Part shown: positions 47,177-55,892 of the stretch, piece by piece
Position numbering within the stretch: position 1 is the first letter of the stretch
How the letters are laid out: every line of letters begins with the position of its first letter
IMG/VR virus record: IMGVR_UViG_3300020411_000002
DNA: 64,000 bases
Source: a virus
Taxonomy: Duplodnaviria; Caudoviricetes
Direction: 5' to 3' (one strand)
Notes under the pieces: generated by a model
Databases searched by the model: none
Told to the model about the DNA's origin: nothing
What the model saw: only the letters and a program-made list of their open reading frames with translations
Position numbers and translations under genes: made by a program

Positions 47177-48446
47177 GGTCGTTAATCACGCTTTGAATTA
47201 ACTGCTGACTAACGAGTGTGCTAAGGTCTAGTCTCTTAGCAAGTTCGCTAACCTGCTTTACAAACGATTTTACGTTATCGTCGCGAATAGAGCTTAATGA
47301 GAAAACAAAGTAAGGATTGCCTGAGCGACTGCTCTTGGCTTCTTTGTATGTCAAGTTTGCGCTTGGTGTACGACGGCCGTTAACAGTCTTCTTACGTAAG
47401 AAGATAGAACGAATTAACGGGAACAACGTTTCTAATAGCTCTGACTTTTCACGAGGGCTAATAGACTTTGAATATTGAACGTATAAGTTCTTATTGTGGA
47501 ATCGAACCTTTTTAATGTGTCGGCTGACTTCCGAAATAATACTTCCTTTACGCTGCATTTGTTGACGCTGTTTAGCAGTACCAAAACGAGTACGGCTCTT
47601 GACCGAGTTCAATTCATCGATATGATTGATAGCTAGGATTTTAGCTTTTAGCTGTTTTAAACTATCTAGCTCAATACCGATAGGGAACGTGCCTGGAACT
47701 TTCGGGTCTTTCAACGAAGTAATGTGCGGTGCTAATTCACTTGTATTCAAATCTAGTACACTTGTGTATACATAGCTGTAGTTCTCGTAAATAAAGCCTT
47801 CCGCGTTTGAAAGATCTTCAACAGTAACAAATGTCTGAAAGTAGATATGGTCTTTAGAGGGAGACAGTACGAAACTATTGATAGATAGACCTGTATAGTT
47901 TTCATCAGGAATGCTATTTTCAACAATTTCTTCAAGAATTTTTACTTGTCGTGAATGCTCTTTAGGCATATAGTTGCGTGATAGCTTTTGCATAGCATTA
48001 AGCTGTTCGCGTTTAATCTTACCTGCTTCACGGATAATGTGTTTGATACTTTCGATTGCTCTCTTCGATTCATCCATCTTAGAAAACGTTTTAGAGCTTA
48101 AAATACGGATAGCCGCATTTAAGTCTTCGATAGCATCATTCAATTCTTCAATAGCAGAAGAATTGTCAGATAAATCTTTTGGACTAGGAGCTTTAATCTT
48201 ATCCAAGACCGTACGCATACCACCCTTCTTAGATTGGGTTGGTCGCGGTTGGTTTGCTATATCTCCAAGTTCTATTTCATTTGCAGATAAACTAATTACC
48301 AAAGCTTTAGAAGAACTAAGCCCTTTAAGAAGTCTGTTTGTGGACTTACCGACTGTTTCAATTTTCTTTTTGATAGAATCGACAATACCCAAAACATCAT
48401 TTAAGGAACGAGCCTTTTGAAGTTTATCTAAGTTAGACTTTTTCAT
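47160..48446 (-). CDS. Hypothetical protein
   Basis: 428-aa ORF; basic with an N-terminal coiled region. Confidence 0.85.
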   Translation of the reverse strand: MKKSNLDKLQKARSLNDVLGIVDSIKKKIETVGKSTNRLLKGLSSSKALVISLSANEIELGDIANQPRPTQSKKGGMRTVLDKIKAPSPKDLSDNSSAIEELNDAIEDLNAAIRILSSKTFSKMDESKRAIESIKHIIREAGKIKREQLNAMQKLSRNYMPKEHSRQVKILEEIVENSIPDENYTGLSINSFVLSPSKDHIYFQTFVTVEDLSNAEGFIYENYSYVYTSVLDLNTSELAPHITSLKDPKVPGTFPIGIELDSLKQLKAKILAINHIDELNSVKSRTRFGTAKQRQQMQRKGSIISEVSRHIKKVRFHNKNLYVQYSKSISPREKSELLETLFPLIRSIFLRKKTVNGRRTPSANLTYKEAKSSRSGNPYFVFSLSSIRDDNVKSFVKQVSELAKRLDLSTLVSQQLIQSVINDHEPEL

Positions 48447-48475
48447 GATGAATCCAAATTTGAGTCTTGGTAAGA

Positions 48476-48512
48476 GAAAAAGGAGAATTCCAGCTACAGA
48501 ACTCTCCTTTTT
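48476..48512 (-). terminator. Rho-independent terminator
   Basis: Minus strand AGGAGAGTTC-TGTAGCTG-GAATTCTCCT-TTTT (10-bp stem with one G-U pair). Confidence 0.85.
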
Positions 48513-48544
48513 TGGAAAAAGCCTTTAGTACAGGCTAAATTGTA

Positions 48545-49114
48545 TTACTTCTTGGTTGCGCGAGGTCTGCGGCGAGGAGTCTTAGCTGGAGCTTTAGCTG
48601 GAGCTTTAGCTGGAGCTTTAGGAGACATAGAAGCAGGACGCTTAGGTTCCTTGCCTTTATGTGCTTCCATCTTCTTAGTGTTCGCTGCGCGACGCTTATC
48701 CAAAGCCGCATCTTGCTTCTTCTTAAGGTCTTCTTTGTACTTACGGAAGTCCTCAACTAAAGATTCGCGAAGAGTCTTACCAGCTTTACGCCATGCGTCC
48801 ATCTTAGCTTTGTAAGCTTCACGCGCTTTTGCAGCAGCGCCACCTGATTTACCGCCTTTGGCAGGAGTTCTACCACCACCTTTACCATTACGGCGTTCTT
48901 CAAGAACTTTAGCACGTTCTTGTTCGAACTTTTTCTCTTTAGGCGTCTTTTTCTTCTCACGAAGCTCACGAGCCTTTTTCTCTTTCTGCTTCTCAGCAGC
49001 AGTTTTAGTTACACGAGGTTTAGTACCGCGAGGTTTACGACGAGTAGTAGGTGCATTTACGCTACCTACTTTAGAACCAACACCGGCATTCTTACGAGGC
49101 GTTCTAGCAGCCAT
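48545..49114 (-). CDS. Histone-H1-like basic protein (K/R/A/P-rich, PAKA repeats)
   Basis: 189 aa, very K/R-rich; ends SPKAPAKAPAKAPAKTPRRRPRATKK; GGAGA RBS; own terminator. Confidence 0.75.
   Translation of the reverse strand: MAARTPRKNAGVGSKVGSVNAPTTRRKPRGTKPRVTKTAAEKQKEKKARELREKKKTPKEKKFEQERAKVLEERRNGKGGGRTPAKGGKSGGAAAKAREAYKAKMDAWRKAGKTLRESLVEDFRKYKEDLKKKQDAALDKRRAANTKKMEAHKGKEPKRPASMSPKAPAKAPAKAPAKTPRRRPRATKK
48582..48621. repeat. 12-bp tandem repeat x3 encoding the PAKA units
   Basis: TTAGCTGGAGCT three times plus a partial TTAG. Confidence 0.9.
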
Positions 49115-49205
49115 AATATATCTCCAACATTCAAAAGTAAAATATAGTACGATAGTACCAGATTATTAAATTACGTCTGATACTAGAACTATTTGAGTAA
49201 AAGTA

Positions 49206-49219
49206 CTTGACGCGTCAAG
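49206..49219. promoter_or_regulatory. Perfect 14-bp palindrome in the leader of the H1-like gene
   Basis: CTTGACGCGTCAAG equals its own reverse complement; lies in a 194-bp AT-rich intergenic gap. Confidence 0.5.
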
Positions 49220-49308
49220 AATAAATTAATCATTCTTGCTACTATAAAATTAATAATCTAAGAGATAAAATGAAAAAAATTTAGGCATGTTGAGGCAAAA
49301 AATTTACA

Positions 49309-50370
49309 TTAAATTTCAGTGCTCAATCCAAGCTCTGAAATAACTTCACGAACCATTTCTTTACCGCGCATATATTCTGACTTAGTGTGACCGCTAGATT
49401 TAAACGCACCAACAAGACCTTTATACGGGTCAATTTTAGGAATGTCTGTAGTCTGTTCCATGAAGTCTGCAAGCTCGTTGTTGTTCTTAACTGCTTTACC
49501 ATCTTTGTTTTCCCATAGCTGAACTATATTAGGATTACTAAGCATTAAGTTCTCAGGAACTACAACCCCTTCTGCCGTATAGATTCTATATCTAATTCCA
49601 GGCTCAGTAGAAAGCTTAGCAAACTGACTAGCTGTTTCTATATGTTCAGTAAGAAGTCTGAACCCAGGCTTGTTGTCTACAAATCTATGTTGTACCGCAA
49701 GCTGGCCTTCTTTCTCTTTAGCTCTGAACTCTATGAAACCCTTTGGAAGACTTTCACCAAAGTTAGTTTGATACGGAGAGCCGTTGTATATAACTCTTCG
49801 TTTCTTTAAGTGTTGATATTGGTGAATGTGCCCACTGATATTAAAGTCTTTGCGTGGACTTTTAAATTCTTTGTGAGACTTCAACGTTCTACCATTGTCA
49901 CCGACAGCACCAGTATATTCAACGTGTACCATATTCAAACAAGGTCGTCTGTTTGGTAAAGCCTCCATTTCTGGGTGGTTCATCATATTGACTACCACTC
50001 CATCAATCTCTAACTGTTCAGGAGTTAGAAATAGTTTGAAGTTATTAAAGAATCCGTTGTCAGTTAGAATCTGCAACAAATCCATTGAAGTCTTAGATAT
50101 ATCAGAGAAGTCGTGGTTGCCACCTGTGTAGTACAGGTTAAGTACGTTGTCATACTTCTTTAAGAACGATATCAATGCAATATATGTAGAGGCTTCCATC
50201 TTGTGAGTGTCGCTAATATCGCCCGGTATAATAACGTGTTGGATACCTTGCTTGATAGCATACTTACAAATCTTATCGATTTCTCTTAGCTGTCTTTCTA
50301 CGTGGTCGTGCGGATACAGCTTCTTTAGTTTTTCCAGATGCCAATCGCTTGTCGATATTGCGTGAAGCAT
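49309..50370 (-). CDS. sbcD: SbcD/Mre11-like (T4 gp47-like) nuclease
   Basis: SDWHL, PGDISD, GGNHD, ISGHIH, YNGSPYQ.NFGE calcineurin-like motifs. Confidence 0.92.
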   Translation of the reverse strand: MLHAISTSDWHLEKLKKLYPHDHVERQLREIDKICKYAIKQGIQHVIIPGDISDTHKMEASTYIALISFLKKYDNVLNLYYTGGNHDFSDISKTSMDLLQILTDNGFFNNFKLFLTPEQLEIDGVVVNMMNHPEMEALPNRRPCLNMVHVEYTGAVGDNGRTLKSHKEFKSPRKDFNISGHIHQYQHLKKRRVIYNGSPYQTNFGESLPKGFIEFRAKEKEGQLAVQHRFVDNKPGFRLLTEHIETASQFAKLSTEPGIRYRIYTAEGVVVPENLMLSNPNIVQLWENKDGKAVKNNNELADFMEQTTDIPKIDPYKGLVGAFKSSGHTKSEYMRGKEMVREVISELGLSTEI

Positions 50371-50665
50371 TACGTTTCTCTTCCTCTAAGTCTGATGATA
50401 CTCGCCATGAATTAAAAAACTTTTCTAGTGCTTTTTGTTTTACCTTTTCACTAGGCCAAGCTTCTTTGCGAGTAATATTCTTTTCTTGGTCACCGTCACA
50501 ATCGTAAGATGCTAATACGTTTCCGTCTTTGTCTTCTTCGCGGAATCTACAAAACATAAGTTTGTTATCGGCATCACGTACTGTGAAGTTGTAGGACATA
50601 AGGGTATAGAAAGTCCATACCCTTCGATTTCCAGCAGGATTTTTGGTAGCTACTTCAATGTGCAT
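50273..50665 (-). CDS. Hypothetical protein
   Basis: 130-aa ORF with GAGAGG RBS; overlaps the sbcD-like start region. Confidence 0.7.
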   Translation of the reverse strand: MHIEVATKNPAGNRRVWTFYTLMSYNFTVRDADNKLMFCRFREEDKDGNVLASYDCDGDQEKNITRKEAWPSEKVKQKALEKFFNSWRVSSDLEEEKRNASRNIDKRLASGKTKEAVSARPRRKTAKRNR

Positions 50666-51075
50666 AGAACCTCTCTAATACCACTAACGTTAACTGAATA
50701 TTTATTCTCAGTCTTATTTACAGTATTAGAGTTTACTAGTACAACAAGTATCTTTTCGAGGTCTTGGAAGGAGAGGAGTACATTATACAAAGCTATGTAC
50801 TCTTTGATAATATTGGTTTTAAAGAACTCTTTAGGTTCTACGTTATATCTTTTATAACTTGCTTTCTCTGGATTGTTGAACATCGAATGTAGGTTACATC
50901 GAATGCCTCTAGCATTAGCAAGTATATTGAAGACCCTAACAAAAGGGTCTTTTGGAGATTGGTATGAATACTGGTACGGTTGTAAGAATCTTCCGTACCA
51001 TTCATTTAGATTATCTACATCAAACGATTCAGATAGGTCTATTAGGATTTTAGCAATCTTCACTTTCAAATTCAT
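50650..51075 (-). CDS. Hypothetical protein
   Basis: 141-aa ORF overlapping its neighbours. Confidence 0.7.
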   Translation of the reverse strand: MNLKVKIAKILIDLSESFDVDNLNEWYGRFLQPYQYSYQSPKDPFVRVFNILANARGIRCNLHSMFNNPEKASYKRYNVEPKEFFKTNIIKEYIALYNVLLSFQDLEKILVVLVNSNTVNKTENKYSVNVSGIREVLCTLK

Positions 51076-51676
51076 CCACGGTTTCTGGTATGACTATGTG
51101 TGTCACATCAACGTTAAAGAAATATGCGTACTTCAACATTTCGGTGTTAAGGTAGTACATGTTACGATACTTGATTAACCATTTATCGCGTACAAGCTTT
51201 TCACAAATATTCTTAACACTAGAACGGTCACCTCGGAACTTGTATATGTCACGAATGTTGCGATATAGTTCATTGTACGTCATACCTAGAGTATTGATAC
51301 CTAACGCTACTAGGTCAATATTCAAAGTCTTTAGAATATCAGCTTTGTCTTCTGCGTCCAGTTCAGCAAACTTAAAGTCGCTGTTATCTATGCCTTGAAA
51401 AGCAAGGTTAAAGCTATGCATAGTAGGGAAATAAGGACTAAAGTCTGTTTGCGTGTTGTACTCAACTAGACACGCCGTAATCTTGTGTGCAGTAGGTTGA
51501 TTAAACATTGTCGCGTTAGTAAATTCGGTATCCATTAGAACTTCTCGAAAGAAGTCATAGAAAGTTTTGGCATTCGAAAACACTATTGACTTGTTACCGT
51601 CACCATCTACTTTGTAATTGTCTGCTTCAAAGGCTTTAAATGTTCTAGTGTTTAGAAGTTCTTTTTCGTTTAGCAC
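51050..51676 (-). CDS. Hypothetical protein, possible C-terminal winged helix-turn-helix
   Basis: TYNELYRNI...RSSVKNICEKLVRDKWLIKYRNMYYLN resembles a RepL-type winged HTH. Confidence 0.45.
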   Translation of the reverse strand: MLNEKELLNTRTFKAFEADNYKVDGDGNKSIVFSNAKTFYDFFREVLMDTEFTNATMFNQPTAHKITACLVEYNTQTDFSPYFPTMHSFNLAFQGIDNSDFKFAELDAEDKADILKTLNIDLVALGINTLGMTYNELYRNIRDIYKFRGDRSSVKNICEKLVRDKWLIKYRNMYYLNTEMLKYAYFFNVDVTHIVIPETVDEFESEDC

Positions 51677-52487
51677 CTGTGCTGCTCCTTAACTTTTTAA
51701 TTGTTACATCTGGAATAGGTAAGCTTTCGTCTAACTCTATTACTTTTGATATGTATCGCAAGTCGTAAGCCTGTAGTGAATGCTTTCTAGCTATTGCATT
51801 TATGTTAGGCTTGTCATGGGCTCTAACATCTGCAAAAGCTTCTTTGAATGCTTCTGCGACTGGACTAGATAAAAGGTCTAAAAAGGCCTGTCTTTTATTT
51901 TTAGTAATAGAGAACTCGCTAACTTTTAAAGAGTCTAGAAGGTCTTCCAACTCTTCAACACTTCCACCTTTATATATCCAACTGCAAACAACAAAAGTAT
52001 ATTGTTTTTGAATCGGAGCTTTAAGACCATAAATGATTGTCATGAGCGGAGTAGTGATTGTAAGAATGCTTTTGATTTTGTGAAGAACAGTCTTTTGAAA
52101 ATCTATACGAGTCCTAATCAAGTCCTCAGATTGAGCCTTATTGAATATATCTAAGTCTAAAGACTTTATGTTATACGTATTATCTACCGAATCATAATCA
52201 AAGTCTAAATAGTTAAAACCTTCAATTTCAGTAGTTCTAAAATCTGGCGCGAAAACAAAAACGTTTCTGTCTGATAGAGTACTATTATTAACTATACTAA
52301 AATTATTCAGCAGGTCTTTAAAGGACAAGAATAATATGTTGCTCTTCAACTGCTTAAACGTAGTTTTGTCTATACGCTTATGAAAAGGATTTACGTAGTA
52401 GTCTCTTTTAGATATTAGCCCTTCTTGCATCATCCACATTAGAGTTTGCTCTGGCGAATGATGGGCAACGATAAATACTTTAGCCAT
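51645..52487 (-). CDS. Hypothetical protein with a basic C-terminal tail
   Basis: 280-aa ORF ending KKLRSSTGAKRKRTSKH. Confidence 0.8.
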   Translation of the reverse strand: MAKVFIVAHHSPEQTLMWMMQEGLISKRDYYVNPFHKRIDKTTFKQLKSNILFLSFKDLLNNFSIVNNSTLSDRNVFVFAPDFRTTEIEGFNYLDFDYDSVDNTYNIKSLDLDIFNKAQSEDLIRTRIDFQKTVLHKIKSILTITTPLMTIIYGLKAPIQKQYTFVVCSWIYKGGSVEELEDLLDSLKVSEFSITKNKRQAFLDLLSSPVAEAFKEAFADVRAHDKPNINAIARKHSLQAYDLRYISKVIELDESLPIPDVTIKKLRSSTGAKRKRTSKH

Positions 52488-53440
52488 TACTCTCCTGTCC
52501 CTGAATGAATTTTAACATAGTCCATAGCTGACTTATCTTTTTCAAAAGACTTCATCAATCGGTCTAAGTCCTCTGGAAGAGTTTTAGTGTTGGTTGTAAA
52601 TCCACCGACTGTAGTAGAACCACCACCTTCCATTAGTTGACAAATTTTTCCTGCATTTAGATTAGACTTCAATGTTGTTCGAATAGACCAAAACCGCTTA
52701 GAGCCTGAATCTACATAACTTACAGCAACACCTGTAGTTTCGCTAAGCTTTATTAAACACGGGTCAACAAACGTCTTTGGAATATTTAATATAGGTACTT
52801 GTCGGTCAAGTATCTCGTAGTACTCAGCTTTGTCGTTGTAGCTATTAACAAGACTAGTAATAAGCTTGTTATAGTGGTGACCTTCACTAATTAAATCACT
52901 CATACCAGAAAGCAAATTTCTGTTTAATGTATTCTGGAAGAAACTATTCAGACTAACAAAGTCACTGTACACGCTTAGGCCCATACAGATGAAAGTACTG
53001 TTAGGAACTTTAGGCGGATTACGGTTAAATAGAACGTCTTCTATGGCTAAGAAGAATGGAGATACAGGTTCATCTTCAACAAAGTGCGACCACGTTAAAC
53101 AACAACTTGCTCTATCTTGAGTATGAATAAGTTTAACGTTGTCATGCTGTTTAGCAATTGGGTCAAAGACTGCGCGAGTAGATGGATGGTGGTCAATGAA
53201 TACCACCTGCTTAGCTACATATAAAGCATTATCGATATGCTTACGTGCGATAGACAAACCGAGAATGTATATAACCTTTCCAGTTAGGTCATAGTCTTGG
53301 AATCTATCTAAAGAACTATAATCAATTCCCTCATAGTGAGCAGAGTGTTGCAGTCTTCTCCAAGCCGCGTATGCTGCGGCTCTTCCGTTCAATGTACCTT
53401 CGTGGTAAAAGATGACTGTATCTTTAGGTAACTTTTGCAT
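52487..53440 (-). CDS. DHH-family phosphoesterase (possibly degenerate)
   Basis: IFYH....NG..AA.AAW, FIDHH, DHHA1-like WSIRT...GGG....GGF C-terminus. Confidence 0.8.
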   Translation of the reverse strand: MQKLPKDTVIFYHEGTLNGRAAAYAAWRRLQHSAHYEGIDYSSLDRFQDYDLTGKVIYILGLSIARKHIDNALYVAKQVVFIDHHPSTRAVFDPIAKQHDNVKLIHTQDRASCCLTWSHFVEDEPVSPFFLAIEDVLFNRNPPKVPNSTFICMGLSVYSDFVSLNSFFQNTLNRNLLSGMSDLISEGHHYNKLITSLVNSYNDKAEYYEILDRQVPILNIPKTFVDPCLIKLSETTGVAVSYVDSGSKRFWSIRTTLKSNLNAGKICQLMEGGGSTTVGGFTTNTKTLPEDLDRLMKSFEKDKSAMDYVKIHSGTGE

Positions 53441-53444
53441 AGCA

Positions 53445-55892
53445 CTATTCCCGATTAAGCGTACTAGTTCCGTCTTTCTTCTCGACAGTCCAAATCTCTG
53501 CCTCTTTAAATAGGTCTGTAGACTTTGGAGTAATCCAGAATATGTGAGGCACTAGTGTTCTAAGCTTAGGTAAAAATTCCTTAGCAAGGTGTTCACGAAC
53601 TGCATCACTACATGCACTGTCTGGTTCATCTAGTACCATAAAGTTTGTTCGTCTATTAGAAGGCAATAAAGGTAACACTGATATAGCAAATAGAAGTCTA
53701 AAACAGTTTGTCTCAGCTCCTGAAAGTCTAGATATGTCACTAATCTTTCCATTCTTTCTTATCGCAATAGCTTCGATACCTTTAGTTCCGGCTTCCATTT
53801 TAAATTGCATAGTCTCAGGGAAAACCATGTGACTAAATCTATTTAGGTTAGATTCGATTAGCTTCATTATTCGAATAGCGTGTTGAAGTTTCAAGTTGCT
53901 ATTACCATAAGCTTTATACAAGGTCTCTACAATCTTTTTCTCTTGGATTATAGGTTGAGCTTCGGCTAGCTTGCCTTCCGTATCCATTTTAAGATTGGTA
54001 AGCACTTGCCAATTGGACTTTGCATTTTCTAAAGCAATAAGACGCTTTTCATCACGCTCTAGGTTTTCGTTTATGTCCGCTATATCTTCGGCTATAGTAT
54101 CTAACTCGCTATTAGCTGTAGCAGTTAGCTTACTGAATATGTCAACTAGCTTTGTAAATTTCGAATCACGTAAAAGATTACTGCAAACCTGTTTGTTTTT
54201 ACGGCTGATAGAATCTAAGTTCGATATAAAAGACTTAGCCTTAGAAAACTGTTCGTCGTAGTATTCCAAATCATCAAGCAGTTCATCTATTCTATCGATA
54301 GACAAATCAGGATATGTAATCTTTCCTTTAGGCTTAGCAGGTGGTTCGAGTGATTCAATTATTTCAGATAGACGTTTTAAATCTTCCACTGACCGTACAT
54401 AGATTTCCCACTCTTCTAAGAAAGACTGCTCTTGTTTGATTTCACCATTGAGTTCTTCAAGGTCTTCATTGAGAGAGTCGTCCTCAGTATCTGCATCTGT
54501 ATCAGCAACGATTTCTTTGTAACGTTTAGCAAGTTCGTAGGCTTCTGCCGCATCTTCTAACTCAGGAAGTTTAGCTCTGGCTCTTTTTGCATTAGCTTGT
54601 AGCTTTTTAACATCCAGTGACTGTAAACACGTTGGGCAATTCTCATGACCGTCCAAGTCTTTAGCAATGTCTACAATCATTTGTAGATTAGATATTTCAG
54701 AAGCTGGGCTACTCTTAGGTGCAGCAGCAATACTATCATAACCAAGTTCGTTAAGCTGTCCGATAATCTTATCTATCTTACGTGCAACACGCTCATGCTC
54801 TTTAAGCTTGTCCTCTATTTCGGCACGCTCGTCAATCATTTCTTTTATGTTTGACTTCATTTCATCTATGTAAGAATCTATTTCAGAATCTTTCATAGAA
54901 TCGGCTTGCTCAAATATAGACAAGTCTTCTAAACCTTTAGCTAAGTCTCCCACTTCTTGTTCCAACTTTTGTTTACGCTGGTGGAACTTTTTCAGTTTGG
55001 CATCATAGCTTTCTTGTTGTTCCATGTACTCAACTTGGTCTTCGAGTACATTAGTAAGGTCGGGAAGGTTCTCGAATTCACCAAGACCGTCATCCACAAT
55101 TTCTTGTAGAGATTTAAAAAGTTCTAAGAGCTTCTTATATGAAGTGACCTTACTGTTCTCTGTATTGCGTTCTGAATAAAGCTCTTCGATATCTTTGCGG
55201 TCTTGCTCTACAGAAGCTTGAAGTTCTTTGAGTTCAGCGTTGTATCTTTTATCCCACTGAACACCGTTAAGTTCGCGCTCTAGCTTTTGAAGCTCTGCAC
55301 TCAATGCTTGGAACTCGATTTCTTTGTCTTTGATTTTTGAAAGGCGCGTAGCAAATTGCGCTCGTACTAAATCAAAGAAGTGTAAGTCAAACAGATTAGT
55401 AATGAATGATAGTCGGTCAGCAGCCTTTGCTTTTTGAAAAGGACAGTTGCGCTGTGACTGTATATAGCTGGTGGCGTAGAACTCTTCTGGCGATAAAGTC
55501 CAATGTTTAGAAAACAGGTCTCTAGCGATTGTACCTTTCTGAGCCTTTTGGTCTTCACCATCTAGATAGAACTTGTACTTAGAACCAACTTGTTCAAGCT
55601 TAGCTTCATGGGGTGAGTTACTGTTTTGTACAGTAAGACCTATAACAGACCCTCTGTTTTCATGGAATACTTTCTTGTTGTTTTTTATTAGTGAAAGAGG
55701 GTCTGACTCGTATGCTGCAACAGGAAGAGAAGAGAAGAGCAAGCTTTTGCCTGCTCCATTTGAGTTGTCAGCAATATTGCTATCACGGTTTATGCCGTGT
55801 ATGACAACAAAGCCGTTGTTGTCTTCAATGTCGATAGTTACTTCTTTAAAAAGTACTACGTTTTTTAATTCTATTTTTAATAGTCGGTTCAT
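53445..55892 (-). CDS. sbcC: SbcC/Rad50-like (T4 gp46-like) SMC ATPase
   Basis: Walker A NGAGKS, Q-loop YIQSQ, long coiled coil with CPTC zinc hook, signature LSGAE, Walker B VLDEPD. Confidence 0.95.
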   Translation of the reverse strand: MNRLLKIELKNVVLFKEVTIDIEDNNGFVVIHGINRDSNIADNSNGAGKSLLFSSLPVAAYESDPLSLIKNNKKVFHENRGSVIGLTVQNSNSPHEAKLEQVGSKYKFYLDGEDQKAQKGTIARDLFSKHWTLSPEEFYATSYIQSQRNCPFQKAKAADRLSFITNLFDLHFFDLVRAQFATRLSKIKDKEIEFQALSAELQKLERELNGVQWDKRYNAELKELQASVEQDRKDIEELYSERNTENSKVTSYKKLLELFKSLQEIVDDGLGEFENLPDLTNVLEDQVEYMEQQESYDAKLKKFHQRKQKLEQEVGDLAKGLEDLSIFEQADSMKDSEIDSYIDEMKSNIKEMIDERAEIEDKLKEHERVARKIDKIIGQLNELGYDSIAAAPKSSPASEISNLQMIVDIAKDLDGHENCPTCLQSLDVKKLQANAKRARAKLPELEDAAEAYELAKRYKEIVADTDADTEDDSLNEDLEELNGEIKQEQSFLEEWEIYVRSVEDLKRLSEIIESLEPPAKPKGKITYPDLSIDRIDELLDDLEYYDEQFSKAKSFISNLDSISRKNKQVCSNLLRDSKFTKLVDIFSKLTATANSELDTIAEDIADINENLERDEKRLIALENAKSNWQVLTNLKMDTEGKLAEAQPIIQEKKIVETLYKAYGNSNLKLQHAIRIMKLIESNLNRFSHMVFPETMQFKMEAGTKGIEAIAIRKNGKISDISRLSGAETNCFRLLFAISVLPLLPSNRRTNFMVLDEPDSACSDAVREHLAKEFLPKLRTLVPHIFWITPKSTDLFKEAEIWTVEKKDGTSTLNRE

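Noticed and set aside
49206-49219. TTGAC within the palindrome as a sigma70 -35 box
   Set aside because: No TATAAT-like hexamer at 16-18 bp spacing on either strand
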